Shown: piece by piece, positions 8,026-16,964 of the stretch
Layout of the letters: each line of letters begins with the position of its first letter
How positions within the stretch are numbered: the stretch's first letter is position 1
DNA from: a virus
Lineage: Duplodnaviria > Caudoviricetes
Reading direction: 5' to 3' (one strand)
DNA: 50,521 nucleotides
Virus record (IMG/VR): IMGVR_UViG_3300020042_004377
Coordinates: 1-50,521 of that record
Translations under genes and position numbers: made by a program
The notes under the pieces: model-generated
What the model was told of the DNA's origin: nothing
Database searches by the model: none
Seen by the model: only the letters and a program-made list of their open reading frames with translations

Positions 8026-9038
8026 TCACCTCTATTAAGTAAAGCAACCTGTTTAGCATACTGTTCTGGAGTAATCCCGAGCTTGCGAGCCAACGCAACT
8101 TGAGACTGCTTCAGTTTAATACGATTAGGCGGTGTGCTCCGAGTGGCAGGTGCCACAGGCGAAGCAGCGATTTTTGTTGCACGGCGTGGGCTTTCGTCCT
8201 CGTCCGGTTCTGAAGTCTTTCGTGGAGGCTCTTCAAATTCCTCGTCGCTCTGGGCATCGAAATGCTCAGGAAATCTTTTCCGCATGGTATGGTCAACTGT
8301 TTTGAAATAGTCTTCCGAACCAATATAGTCCGCACCATACTCTCGTTGTAATCGTTTGTCAAGGCCCATAGCAGACATTGTCATTTCATCATCAACACCA
8401 AACCAGTCGTTGTTTTTATCCAACCACTTCTGGGTGCGAGGACTGACCTTGGGTTTCTGGGGCTGTTGTTGGGATGGGGGCAAAAATTGGCGGTCTTCAT
8501 CCACCTCAATTGGCTTCATCCCAGAAGCCTTATCAATCTTCAAAGTTGCCTTGGATATGGCCTCTTGTGCGGCCACCAACTCGTCAGAATTGCCAGCATC
8601 ATAAGCATCTTTGTAACGCTTTTTAGCTGATTCCATTTCAATTTCAGCGGCACTTTTGGAAGTTTCGATATAGGCTTTACTGCCGTGTGAAAGCTGTTGT
8701 TGGAGCTTTTTGTTCTCCTCAAACACCTGTCGGGCAAAATCTTCTGCGGCTTCCCGCTCGCGCAAGGCTTGTTCTTTGGCCCGGCGCTCGTCGTGATACC
8801 CACGGGTAAACTTCTTGATGCGTGCCTGTACCTTCTCATCGTATGTGGCAAGCTCATCATCGGTGGGGTCTTCAGGCGGCGTGGCCATAGGCTTTCGCCC
8901 ACGGTCTGCTGGAGGGGTGTCATCCTCAATTTCCAATTGGAAATCGTCTTCTTTGGCCGTTGCTTTTGCGTTGGCCTTGGCTTCTTTCTCGTCCGGAAAC
9001 TCGAAATCTTCACCTTTAAATTCAGGTAATGTTGCCAT
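8022..9038 (-). CDS. Putative capsid scaffolding protein
   Basis: 338 aa; acidic N-terminus, coiled coil, C-terminal QVALARKLGITPEQYAKQ helix; between portal and capsid genes. Confidence 0.7.
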   Translation of the reverse strand: MATLPEFKGEDFEFPDEKEAKANAKATAKEDDFQLEIEDDTPPADRGRKPMATPPEDPTDDELATYDEKVQARIKKFTRGYHDERRAKEQALREREAAEDFARQVFEENKKLQQQLSHGSKAYIETSKSAAEIEMESAKKRYKDAYDAGNSDELVAAQEAISKATLKIDKASGMKPIEVDEDRQFLPPSQQQPQKPKVSPRTQKWLDKNNDWFGVDDEMTMSAMGLDKRLQREYGADYIGSEDYFKTVDHTMRKRFPEHFDAQSDEEFEEPPRKTSEPDEDESPRRATKIAASPVAPATRSTPPNRIKLKQSQVALARKLGITPEQYAKQVALLNRGE

Positions 9039-9049
9039 GTGTAACTCCT

Positions 9050-9460
9050 TTATGCAGCGCGGGTGATGCCACGCGGGTCTTCAACAACGGCTTCGACCGA
9101 ATCATCATTGATGATGCGGAACTCTCGGCCATGAATCTTCAAGCGGGTGCCTGAATTAGGGCGGACGATGACAAAGTCACCCTCCTTACACGACGGTCCA
9201 CTGGGGAACCGGATAGTGTCTTTGTAGCAATCGGGGCCAAGTTTCACAACGAATAGGATCGGAGTGAGTACTTCCTCATAGTGCATGGTTTTGGAGTCTT
9301 TCAACAGTCCAACTTCGCTGTCGTGATATTCCTCGATTGCTTCGGGAACCACACACAACATATGAAACCGTTTGGGATCAGGCAATTGTTTTGCCTTTTG
9401 CTCTGCCGTGGTATTCAGAATGCCAGACAGGTCTACTGCCGCAACGTCAAACTCAGTCAT
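9050..9460 (-). CDS. groES: GroES-like co-chaperonin
   Basis: Likely start MTEFDV at 9460; LPDP..LCVVP, VVKLGPDCY, CKEGDFV..SGTRLKIHGREFRIINDDSVEAVV is the cpn10 signature. Confidence 0.8.
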   Translation of the reverse strand: MTEFDVAAVDLSGILNTTAEQKAKQLPDPKRFHMLCVVPEAIEEYHDSEVGLLKDSKTMHYEEVLTPILFVVKLGPDCYKDTIRFPSGPSCKEGDFVIVRPNSGTRLKIHGREFRIINDDSVEAVVEDPRGITRAA

Positions 9461-9650
9461 CAGACTTCTCCATTTTTTGCACAAGGTCGTTAATGATGTT
9501 TTCTGCGAGGCTCAGACCCCGGATGACTCCGCAGACTTTTTTGTACTCGTCAAAGGTATCGGCTCGGCTTGCAGCGATAAAAGCAATTTGCTCCTGTCGC
9601 ACCTTCTCGATTTCTTTGGCAACTACAGCCAACAATTTGTAATCACTCAA
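9453..9650 (-). CDS. Small conserved hypothetical protein after the portal
   Basis: 65 aa helical; EYKKVCGVIRGL; overlaps both neighbours. Confidence 0.7.
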   Translation of the reverse strand: MSDYKLLAVVAKEIEKVRQEQIAFIAASRADTFDEYKKVCGVIRGLSLAENIINDLVQKMEKSDD

Positions 9651-12154
9651 TCATTTTCCCTTTTAGGTTTGCTGGACTGTTTATTCTGCGCTGTCCGTTG
9701 CGCCTGTTGTACAGCCATTTGAGTGCGGTGTTTAGCCGCATCCATGCCCATACGAACTCCTTCCATCTCGCTTTGGCGATCAAGCTTATCTCTTGCAGCG
9801 GCTGCTGTAGCCGCGACCTGCATTGCAGCAATTTCCTTTTGTGCCGCGATACGCGACTCTTCAATACGCAGGCGGTCTGCTTTCTCCGCCGCTTCAACTT
9901 TTTGCTTTTGCGCTTTAAGTTGAAGTTCTTGCCCCTTCAACTGCAACTCTTGCTGCTGCATTTGGATCACTGGGTCTTGCATCTGTTGTTGCGCCTGTTG
10001 TTGCTGGGCTTCCTGCTGGGCCTTTTGCGTAAGCTGCTGTGACGCTTGCGCCACCATCATCGCAATCTTGTCAGCGATATCAGGCGGGATGTTCTTGTTC
10101 TGGTCTTCGGTAGGTAAGGGCATACCAATCGCCATCTCAATTTGCTTGCGATACTCAAACGCCATGTGTTCATTGACGTGAGCCAACGCTGCCGCCATGA
10201 TCGCCTGCGCCTGCGGGTTCATCTGCATCATCTGCTGAATCTTCGGATTCTGAATCGCAGCCATGTGAGCCTGGATGTGAGCCTCATGGTTCTGCTCAAT
10301 GAACGCCTTGACAGGCTTCATGGTCAACAGATTCTGGTTCTCCTGCACAGGGTCCGTGGGAGTCTGGTCATCCTCAATCGGCACAAGTTTGGCGGCGTTC
10401 TTAACACCCAACACCTCAATCATCTGACGGTGCAGCAGCGGCAAGTTGTACAACTGTGGGGCTGACTGAGCAAGCTGGAGGACTGCTTGATACTGCACAA
10501 CCTTTTGTGCCATCGTGCTGGCATTGGGGTCGCTCACGGGGATCACGTCCACCAAGTCGTAGTCGGCTTTCCTAGCTTTACGAGAGCCTTCTTCTGGCTC
10601 GTAGGCATACTCTTCCGGGGTGTAGTCAGCGATGATGACCTTCAAGAGTTTGAACTCTTGCTTCATTGTGAAGTGCATACGCGCTTGAACTGCGCCCATC
10701 ACTTTTAGAGTGCGCTCCAAAATTGCCAACGTGGTACCCACGGGCGCTTGTGCGCTCATGTCACTGACCTGCATGTCACCACTGGAAGCAAACGAGCGAC
10801 CTTCTTGGACGATGCGGTCAAACAACATATACAACACTTGGCTTGGCTCTTTGTACGGCAGGGGCAGGATGTTGTCCCTGATTGAGCCACTCGGCACATC
10901 TACATCTCGGAACTCGCCGGGCTGGATGGGGGTGTCGTCTCCTTTGATTCGGAGGCCACGGGACTTGAGACCACCGGGCAAGTTAGAAAGGGTGCCTGCG
11001 TCCACAAGCTGACGAATGAGCATAGTGGCAGATTTGGCATAGCCACCAATAAGATGAATAAGGCCGTACCCATAGAACCCAAACCCTGGAATGTATTGAT
11101 AGTGAACAAAGTGCTGGCGTTTGAGGTGCAGTCTGTCGCCCTCGTACCAATTCCTTCGGATGGCCACAACCTTACGTGTGCCCTTCTCAACAGTCACAAC
11201 GTAAGGCAGTGCGATGCCAGTGAGTCGCTTCTTCTTGTCAACGTCCTCGTATCCGGGCAAGTCCAAGTCAACGTGCATCTCAAGGAACCGATAACGATCA
11301 TCTTGAATCGCAGACATGCCAGTCTCCTCGGCTTTCTGCTTCTCAATGTCGTCCAACTCATACGTGGGGTCACCCAACTCTACGTCCATGTAGAACCCAG
11401 CTTCTATAAGCTTGGCCACTTCATTCTTGGTCTTACGCATCACGTGCGTAACACGTTCTGCTGTCTCCAAGTTACTTGCGCCGTAGGGCACAACGATATC
11501 TTCAGCAGGAATAAACACCGCCATCTGGCGTCCCTTGCTTGGGTCGTAGTACACCTTCTTAAACGCAGAACCCGCAATGGGCAGGTTCCACAACATCTTC
11601 TCGTGCTCAGGGCGATACTCATACATTACATCGGTCAACTGGTAGTTCATGTCTTCACGAACTCGCGCCGCCGCTTCTTCCATCTCTGGGGTGTCCTTGC
11701 CAAGAATGACAGTCTTCACAGGCCCAGCGGCTGGGAACGTCTCGGTGATACCTTCGCTCTGGAACCTAACCACACTCTCAGTCAGCATCGGGTGAAACAC
11801 ACCACACGCCCCCTGCCACGGCTCGGTACGCTCTTCGTACTTCAACCCCAACAGTTTTAGCCCATCAACGTAAGTCTGCATCCAGTCCTTGCGGTCGTTG
11901 ATGTCCTTGCCAAACTCTTCAATCAAATCTTCGCCCAGAGACTGCAAGTCGCTGTCGTCCATGTACTCGGCCAAGTTGGCGTCAAAGTCCTCGTCCGTCT
12001 CTTCCTCCGGCTTCAGATTGATCTCCAACCCACCCATGCCAATGGTGACTTCCTCGGGGTCTTCAATATCAATCTCCAACTCGGGGCCGTCCTCCATCTC
12101 AGCCAACCCCAGAGGAGCCGCGTACAGACCTTTGTCCATTGAACTTGTTGCCAT
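9647..12154 (-). CDS. Portal protein (P22-like, with Gln-rich C-terminal barrel)
   Basis: 835 aa following terL; HPMLTESVVRFQ, GSAFKKVYYD, GFYGYGLIH and DAGTLSNLP motifs; Q-rich coiled-coil tail. Confidence 0.88.
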   Translation of the reverse strand: MATSSMDKGLYAAPLGLAEMEDGPELEIDIEDPEEVTIGMGGLEINLKPEEETDEDFDANLAEYMDDSDLQSLGEDLIEEFGKDINDRKDWMQTYVDGLKLLGLKYEERTEPWQGACGVFHPMLTESVVRFQSEGITETFPAAGPVKTVILGKDTPEMEEAAARVREDMNYQLTDVMYEYRPEHEKMLWNLPIAGSAFKKVYYDPSKGRQMAVFIPAEDIVVPYGASNLETAERVTHVMRKTKNEVAKLIEAGFYMDVELGDPTYELDDIEKQKAEETGMSAIQDDRYRFLEMHVDLDLPGYEDVDKKKRLTGIALPYVVTVEKGTRKVVAIRRNWYEGDRLHLKRQHFVHYQYIPGFGFYGYGLIHLIGGYAKSATMLIRQLVDAGTLSNLPGGLKSRGLRIKGDDTPIQPGEFRDVDVPSGSIRDNILPLPYKEPSQVLYMLFDRIVQEGRSFASSGDMQVSDMSAQAPVGTTLAILERTLKVMGAVQARMHFTMKQEFKLLKVIIADYTPEEYAYEPEEGSRKARKADYDLVDVIPVSDPNASTMAQKVVQYQAVLQLAQSAPQLYNLPLLHRQMIEVLGVKNAAKLVPIEDDQTPTDPVQENQNLLTMKPVKAFIEQNHEAHIQAHMAAIQNPKIQQMMQMNPQAQAIMAAALAHVNEHMAFEYRKQIEMAIGMPLPTEDQNKNIPPDIADKIAMMVAQASQQLTQKAQQEAQQQQAQQQMQDPVIQMQQQELQLKGQELQLKAQKQKVEAAEKADRLRIEESRIAAQKEIAAMQVAATAAAARDKLDRQSEMEGVRMGMDAAKHRTQMAVQQAQRTAQNKQSSKPKREND

Positions 12155-12163
12155 GATTAATCC

Positions 12164-12799
12164 TTAAATGATTTTCCAACTACCTTGACTGTAATTGTCA
12201 GGCATTTTGATTGCGCCACCTTTGGCAAGTTTTAATGGGTTCAACATATTTATCACTTCTCCTGCACCGGGGCGGCGTCCGCCCAAACCTGTGCTGGAAC
12301 CCGTTCCTCTAATTGGCTTTTGTCCCAAACCACCTTCAAGTACTTCAGTAATTGCATTGCCAAAATGAACACCTTTACCTGTATCCCCTACAGGGCTTTG
12401 GCTTTTATAAATTTCAACTGGATGCAAGCCAACTTCTGGTTTTGTTGTAAACGGAGCTTTTGCAACCACAGAGCCAACTTTTTTTGGCCCATAGTCTTCC
12501 AGTAGTTTGATTTGTGCATTTCCCGTTGGTTTTCCATCTGGCCCTATTTCTGGAATAAGTTGTGTAGATACATCTGGATTTTGAAGCCAACCAGCCAAAG
12601 CTGCTGTAGATGGTTTGTCCATATATACCGTCTTACCTGACTTTGGTTGAACCCCAGTTGATGTATCTCTATGTTTTTCACCGCTTCTGTTCCTTATAGT
12701 TTGGCTGCCGGGCAAATGAGCATAAGTAGACCCACGCTCAGTGCGGTACATATACTCTACATCCGGTATATCTTTAAATGCTTCGTAGTCCATACTCAT
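12164..12799 (-). CDS. Hypothetical protein inserted between terL and portal, ending in an LAKGG motif
   Basis: 211-aa ORF with AAGGA RBS; visibly more AT-rich than the flanking genes. Confidence 0.7.
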   Translation of the reverse strand: MSMDYEAFKDIPDVEYMYRTERGSTYAHLPGSQTIRNRSGEKHRDTSTGVQPKSGKTVYMDKPSTAALAGWLQNPDVSTQLIPEIGPDGKPTGNAQIKLLEDYGPKKVGSVVAKAPFTTKPEVGLHPVEIYKSQSPVGDTGKGVHFGNAITEVLEGGLGQKPIRGTGSSTGLGGRRPGAGEVINMLNPLKLAKGGAIKMPDNYSQGSWKII

Positions 12800-12801
12800 C
12801 C

Positions 12802-14367
12802 TTACACTGTGTAGTACCGCTCTCGGCGGTAACCATTGAAATACTTAATCTCATCAGCCTCGTCAGTAGGTAAGCGCATATACCCGCCCTGTCGAAAGCG
12901 CATGAGTGCCAGCGTCATTGAGTCCACCAAGTCATCGTGCTCGCCCGATGGAAAAGACGCAACTTCGTCCACGAGTTCTTCAGCCCACCGTGTCTGTGGT
13001 GCCCATACTTTACCTGAAGCAAACAAATCTGACACGGAATTTAACCGACTGATCTTATCTTGCCCCTTGCCTGGGGTGTACTCCTGCACTGGGATACCCA
13101 TCGCTCGGAACTCTTGGATGAGCGGCGCACCCGCTGCCTTCTTCTCCACAAGGAACGAGTCGGGGTCCCACTCCTGCCATTCTTCAAACGCCCACTTCTT
13201 CAAATCAGGAAACTCCACTCGTTTCTTCACAGAGTTGAGCAAGATGATATTGGGCAGGTGTTTGTCTTCGTCGTTGTAGAACACACCCCATGTTGTGCAG
13301 GCACTGTAGTCATTCACCTTCTTCAACTCGTGCGCCGTGTCCCAAGCTTGGATTGTGAACTCACACTGAGGCGGGCTGTCATGCGGCCACCACTTCCACC
13401 ACTCTCGTTTGATGATTGCGGACGTATCTGAGGTCGGCTGCTGCTGGTATTGGGCCATCCACTTGCCACTTGGAAGCTCATCACGCAGGGCTTTTAGCTC
13501 TTTTTCGGACCAAAACTCGGGCCAAAGTGGCTTGTCATTGGGCAAAATTGCAGGGAATTCAATCACTTTCCACTCTTCACCACCCCTTTGGGCGGCTGCT
13601 TTGAGCACTTGAGCAGTCAAATCCCGCAATGACCACCTTGTCATAACGATAACAATGGCCCCACCCGGCTGCAAACGCTGACGCGGACCTGACGTGTACC
13701 ACTCATACACCTTGTCGTACACCTCTGGGTTGTACGCACCAATCGCGGCCTCTTGCTCTGAGTGCGGATCATCTATTATTAGTACGTCAGCGCCCTTACC
13801 AGTCACTGCACCACCCACACCGATAGCGAAATAGTCCCCGCCGAAGTTGGTGTTCCACCTACCAGCCGCTTTTGAGTCCGTTTGAAGCTCAATTTGGGGA
13901 AAAATCCGCCTATAAGCGTCCGAATCCACCAAATTTCGCACCTTTCGTCCGAATCCCGTGGCCAATTCTGCCGTGTGGCTGGTCTGAATCACCTTTTTGT
14001 GCGGAAATTTGCCCAAAAACCAAGCTGGGAGCAAGAACGAGGCGAATTCTGACTTCGTATGACGTGGTGGCATGTTGATGATGAGGCGTTTCACGTCCCC
14101 ACGGGCCACTTCTTCAAAGGCGCGGGCCATCCTCTCGTGATGCCGACCATGAATGAACCCCGGCCACACCGCATGAACGAACTCCATGTAGTCATCGGCG
14201 GCTTTTGCCCGAATCTTACGGGTACGCAGTTCTTCCAAAATCTCTGTGATCGTGGCCTGCTCATCTTTAGGGAACCGTTTTATGACTGCTTGGAGTTGTG
14301 CAGGGGTAAGCTGCTGCACCCGATCGATCACTTCCGGGTTTTTGAACATCTCGCTGGCGTTACTCAT
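12802..14367 (-). CDS. terL: Terminase large subunit
   Basis: Walker A-type MPPRHTKS, Walker B LIIDDPH, motif C VMTRW, nuclease AWDTA and HDDLVDS. Confidence 0.95.
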   Translation of the reverse strand: MSNASEMFKNPEVIDRVQQLTPAQLQAVIKRFPKDEQATITEILEELRTRKIRAKAADDYMEFVHAVWPGFIHGRHHERMARAFEEVARGDVKRLIINMPPRHTKSEFASFLLPAWFLGKFPHKKVIQTSHTAELATGFGRKVRNLVDSDAYRRIFPQIELQTDSKAAGRWNTNFGGDYFAIGVGGAVTGKGADVLIIDDPHSEQEAAIGAYNPEVYDKVYEWYTSGPRQRLQPGGAIVIVMTRWSLRDLTAQVLKAAAQRGGEEWKVIEFPAILPNDKPLWPEFWSEKELKALRDELPSGKWMAQYQQQPTSDTSAIIKREWWKWWPHDSPPQCEFTIQAWDTAHELKKVNDYSACTTWGVFYNDEDKHLPNIILLNSVKKRVEFPDLKKWAFEEWQEWDPDSFLVEKKAAGAPLIQEFRAMGIPVQEYTPGKGQDKISRLNSVSDLFASGKVWAPQTRWAEELVDEVASFPSGEHDDLVDSMTLALMRFRQGGYMRLPTDEADEIKYFNGYRRERYYTV

Positions 14368-14986
14368 TTGTCTCAAGCTCCCCGCCAACCAACCCTAGTT
14401 CTTCATCAATATCGATAACATCTACTGCCGGGGCTTGTGGCAACGGGTCATACTCTACGGGAATCTCACGGCTGTCCACATCAATGATGTCACTCATGTA
14501 TGCAGAAAGTTTTGTGGCAAGCTCATTTTCAAGTTCTTCTGTTGTGCGGTGTGTTATGTTTATCTCAACACGTTCTACAAAGGCACCCACGTCCGACAGT
14601 TTGCCCAGCATCTCAAGCGCCTTCAACTCCACCTTGTCGTTGCCGCAGTCCGACTTCTCCAACAGCTTCAACTTTATATATGAACGCAACTGCTGTGCAT
14701 TACGCACCACATCAAAGTCGTACTCGTTGAGCAACGCCCGTAGCATCAGGGCTTTACCCGGTGTGTTTATATGAGTGGGTGGTGTGGCCGGGCTGTCCAT
14801 GAAAACAGCACGTGCTTCCTTCTTGTCTTCTTCTGTTGGGATGCAGGCCGCATCATCCAAGCCGTTTTCCTGTAAAAACTCTACGGTGTTGAACGCACGT
14901 TGAGCACGCTCACGCAAATCCAATAAGTCCTCATCCGTCATTTTGAACGGTGGCGGGACATCGAGTTCTGGTGTTACAAGAATCAT
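14360..14986 (-). CDS. Putative terminase small subunit
   Basis: Likely start MILVTPE at 14986; directly upstream of terL; ELKALEMLGKL..AFVERVEI oligomerisation-like motif. Confidence 0.55.
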   Translation of the reverse strand: MILVTPELDVPPPFKMTDEDLLDLRERAQRAFNTVEFLQENGLDDAACIPTEEDKKEARAVFMDSPATPPTHINTPGKALMLRALLNEYDFDVVRNAQQLRSYIKLKLLEKSDCGNDKVELKALEMLGKLSDVGAFVERVEINITHRTTEELENELATKLSAYMSDIIDVDSREIPVEYDPLPQAPAVDVIDIDEELGLVGGELETNE

Positions 14987-15067
14987 GGGAGGAAAAGGGC
15001 ACTCCAAAGTTGCCGAAATGTAGCATACATATATAGTGTATGCAACAGGAGGTTGGGACTCCAAGCC

Positions 15068-15198
15068 GGGGGGTGTTTTAAAAACGGGGTAGGGGGGTAC
15101 CTACGAAACCTACGAAAGACCCCCTCCCCCCCCATAGCACAACATCTTATAGTGTGGTTGAGTTAGACGTGAGGAGCTACAGGGGGGTGTTTTAAAAA
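15068..15198. repeat. 17-bp direct repeat GGGGGGTGTTTTAAAAA (15068-84, 15182-98) among G/C homopolymer tracts
   Basis: Two identical copies read directly; also tandem ACCTACGAA and a C-run between them. Confidence 0.85.
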
Positions 15199-15405
15199 TG
15201 GGTAATGTAACGAGCAAATTTGAGTAGTAGAGGCCAAGATGGTACCAAGTTCAAAATCTGGGTGGTGGGGTCGTTTGGCTTTCATACTGTATGAAACATA
15301 AAACTGTCAGGCAATAGCTATCTCGTGCATTCTGTAGCTACTTGTGCCACAATAGAGCATCGGTTGAGAGAACATTCCGTTCTCGCCGATAACAAAGGAC
15401 TGATT

Positions 15406-15936
15406 GTGAACAACACATCAAAAACCCTCTCGCTCGACAATGTCGCCATCGCAACCCAAATCGGTGTTACTCTCGCCGAACTGAACCTTGTTGAAAACAA
15501 GGCCGAGGTTCTCAAACGTGAGATTAACGGCAACATCAAGGCCTTGCATCACAACAAGGTCAAGGTGGGCATCTATCGCAAAGATGGTACGGGTTGCGCC
15601 GTTGCAACGGGCTTCATTGACGGATGCGTTGCTGGTGGCATCAAGGCTAGCACGGCACAACGTGTCTACCTTGGCACCTTCAAGAGTGCCGTTGCATCGG
15701 GCAAAGAAGTTGCCGATTGGAATTCTTCACGTGAGAAGTCCAAAGGTGGCGCATCAAACAAGGCAACTAAAAAGGCTGAGTTTGCAGATAAGCTTGCCAA
15801 AGCTTATCGGGATGAAGAATTTGCCGGATTCATCGTTGACCTCGAAAAGGCATGGGATGACCAGACCATCAAAACCTTGATGGAAGGTGTCAAATCCTAC
15901 CTCGAAATGAACGGCATCAAGACCGACAAGAAATAA
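15406..15936 (+). CDS. Hypothetical protein, first gene of the rightward arm
   Basis: ORF 15325..15936; likely GTG start at 15406 after AAAGGA; TGn-CACAAT extended -10-like site at about 15345-53; has its own terminator. Confidence 0.8.
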   Translation: MNNTSKTLSLDNVAIATQIGVTLAELNLVENKAEVLKREINGNIKALHHNKVKVGIYRKDGTGCAVATGFIDGCVAGGIKASTAQRVYLGTFKSAVASGKEVADWNSSREKSKGGASNKATKKAEFADKLAKAYRDEEFAGFIVDLEKAWDDQTIKTLMEGVKSYLEMNGIKTDKK

Positions 15937-15959
15937 CTTTCATACCGTATGAAAGCTTT

Positions 15960-15987
15960 AAGCCCCGCTTCGGCGGGGCTTTTTTTT
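15960..15987 (+). terminator. Intrinsic terminator
   Basis: AAGCCCCGC-TTCG-GCGGGGCTT followed by a T run. Confidence 0.92.
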
Positions 15988-16157
15988 GCCCAAAAATTTT
16001 GAGACCTGTATCCGATACCTGTTTCACGCCTGCCATCCAGTCCTACGCTGGACGCTTTCGGTGTGCATACAGACCGAAAATTCAACCTATCAACATCTTG
16101 TGGCGTGTTGTAGTTTCATCCCAACTACTAGCTCAGGTCTAATTAAAGGGTGCGAAA

Positions 16158-16388
16158 ACTGTTCCCTCGCCGCTGGCCGTGCTAGATGTAGTGACATAGT
16201 GGGGTATGTAGTTTGTCTGGAGTAATGCGGTATAACATGGTGCTGTATTGTGCTAAGACCCTTGACAGATTACTACGCCATACATCATCTTACGCTACAC
16301 ACGCTACATACCCCACTATGTTATTCTAACTTTCATACTGTATGAAAGTTGCTTATACTTCTGAACACTGTTCCCTCGCCGCTGGCCG
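16158..16388. repeat. 22-bp direct repeat ACTGTTCCCTCGCCGCTGGCCG enclosing an 18-bp inverted repeat
   Basis: Direct repeat at 16158-79 and 16367-88; inverted repeat ACATAGTGGGGTATGTAG at 16194-211 and 16304-21. Confidence 0.9.
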
Positions 16389-16446
16389 CACCGACCTGCT
16401 TAATTTTTGTGCAGAATACGTAACGCTGTAATAAGCAAGAGCATTA

Positions 16447-16775
16447 TCTACTTTATTCTGCAATATTCTATGCACCGGAATAAAACAATCCCCTTTTAAA
16501 TTAAGCACTTGCGAAGAATTATTCCCCTATTATTCTTATATTCTTATAAATATATATATATACCAATCTTAAATTTCTACATATATTCAATCATACAAAA
16601 AACATGTTGGCTGTGTGTTGTGAAAATCTATATTTTCTCTCTCCTTTGCTTTCTCTGGCTCAAATCTCAAAAATCAAAGAATAAAGGAATAATATACCCT
16701 CCTCCCCTCCTAACACGTTGATATCATTGAACTTTCTTTTATTCCTACCCCTAGAATATTGCAGAATAAAGTAGA
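16447..16775. repeat. Nested inverted repeats around an AT-rich (TA)n core, candidate replication origin
   Basis: Perfect 24-bp inverted repeat at 16447-70 and 16752-75; inner GGAATAAAA/TTTTATTCC; many TATTC/GAATA units; TATATATATATA near 16551-62. Confidence 0.75.
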
Positions 16776-16837
16776 CATTGCACTTCCCAGCACTCTTTCA
16801 TACTGTATGAAACCCCTTCATACTGCCTTATTTTGAC

Positions 16838-16866
16838 TTGACAAGACCATGTAAAGCTGTTACAAT
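16838..16866 (+). promoter_or_regulatory. Strong sigma70-type promoter
   Basis: TTGACA-17 bp-TACAAT with TGn extended -10; flanked by palindromes at 16796 and 16910. Confidence 0.88.
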
Positions 16867-16949
16867 AGAGGCTCATTCGGAACAAATACGTTTCAATGAC
16901 AGGGGCAACTTTCATACCGTATGAAAGCTGGCATCGTCCAAGCCCCTAG

Positions 16950-16961
16950 GCTCTTTAACAA
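16950..16961 (+). promoter_or_regulatory. boxA antitermination element (rrn/nut type)
   Basis: GCTCTTTAACAA matches the proteobacterial rrn boxA core; about 80 nt downstream of the promoter; a short hairpin AGCC-CCTA-GGCT overlaps its 5' end. Confidence 0.7.
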
Positions 16962-16964
16962 CCT

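Noticed and set aside
11054-11860. 268-aa plus-strand ORF
   Set aside because: Antisense shadow of the portal gene with no recognisable motifs; the same applies to most nested opposite-strand ORFs in the track
16262-16290. TTGACA as an additional sigma70 promoter
   Set aside because: No convincing -10 hexamer at 16-18 bp spacing
16158-16388. 22-bp direct repeats as a mini CRISPR array (GTTCCC start, Cas4-like gene in the genome)
   Set aside because: Only two copies, 187 bp apart, with no 30-40-bp spacers; solo Cas4-like nucleases are common in phage replication modules
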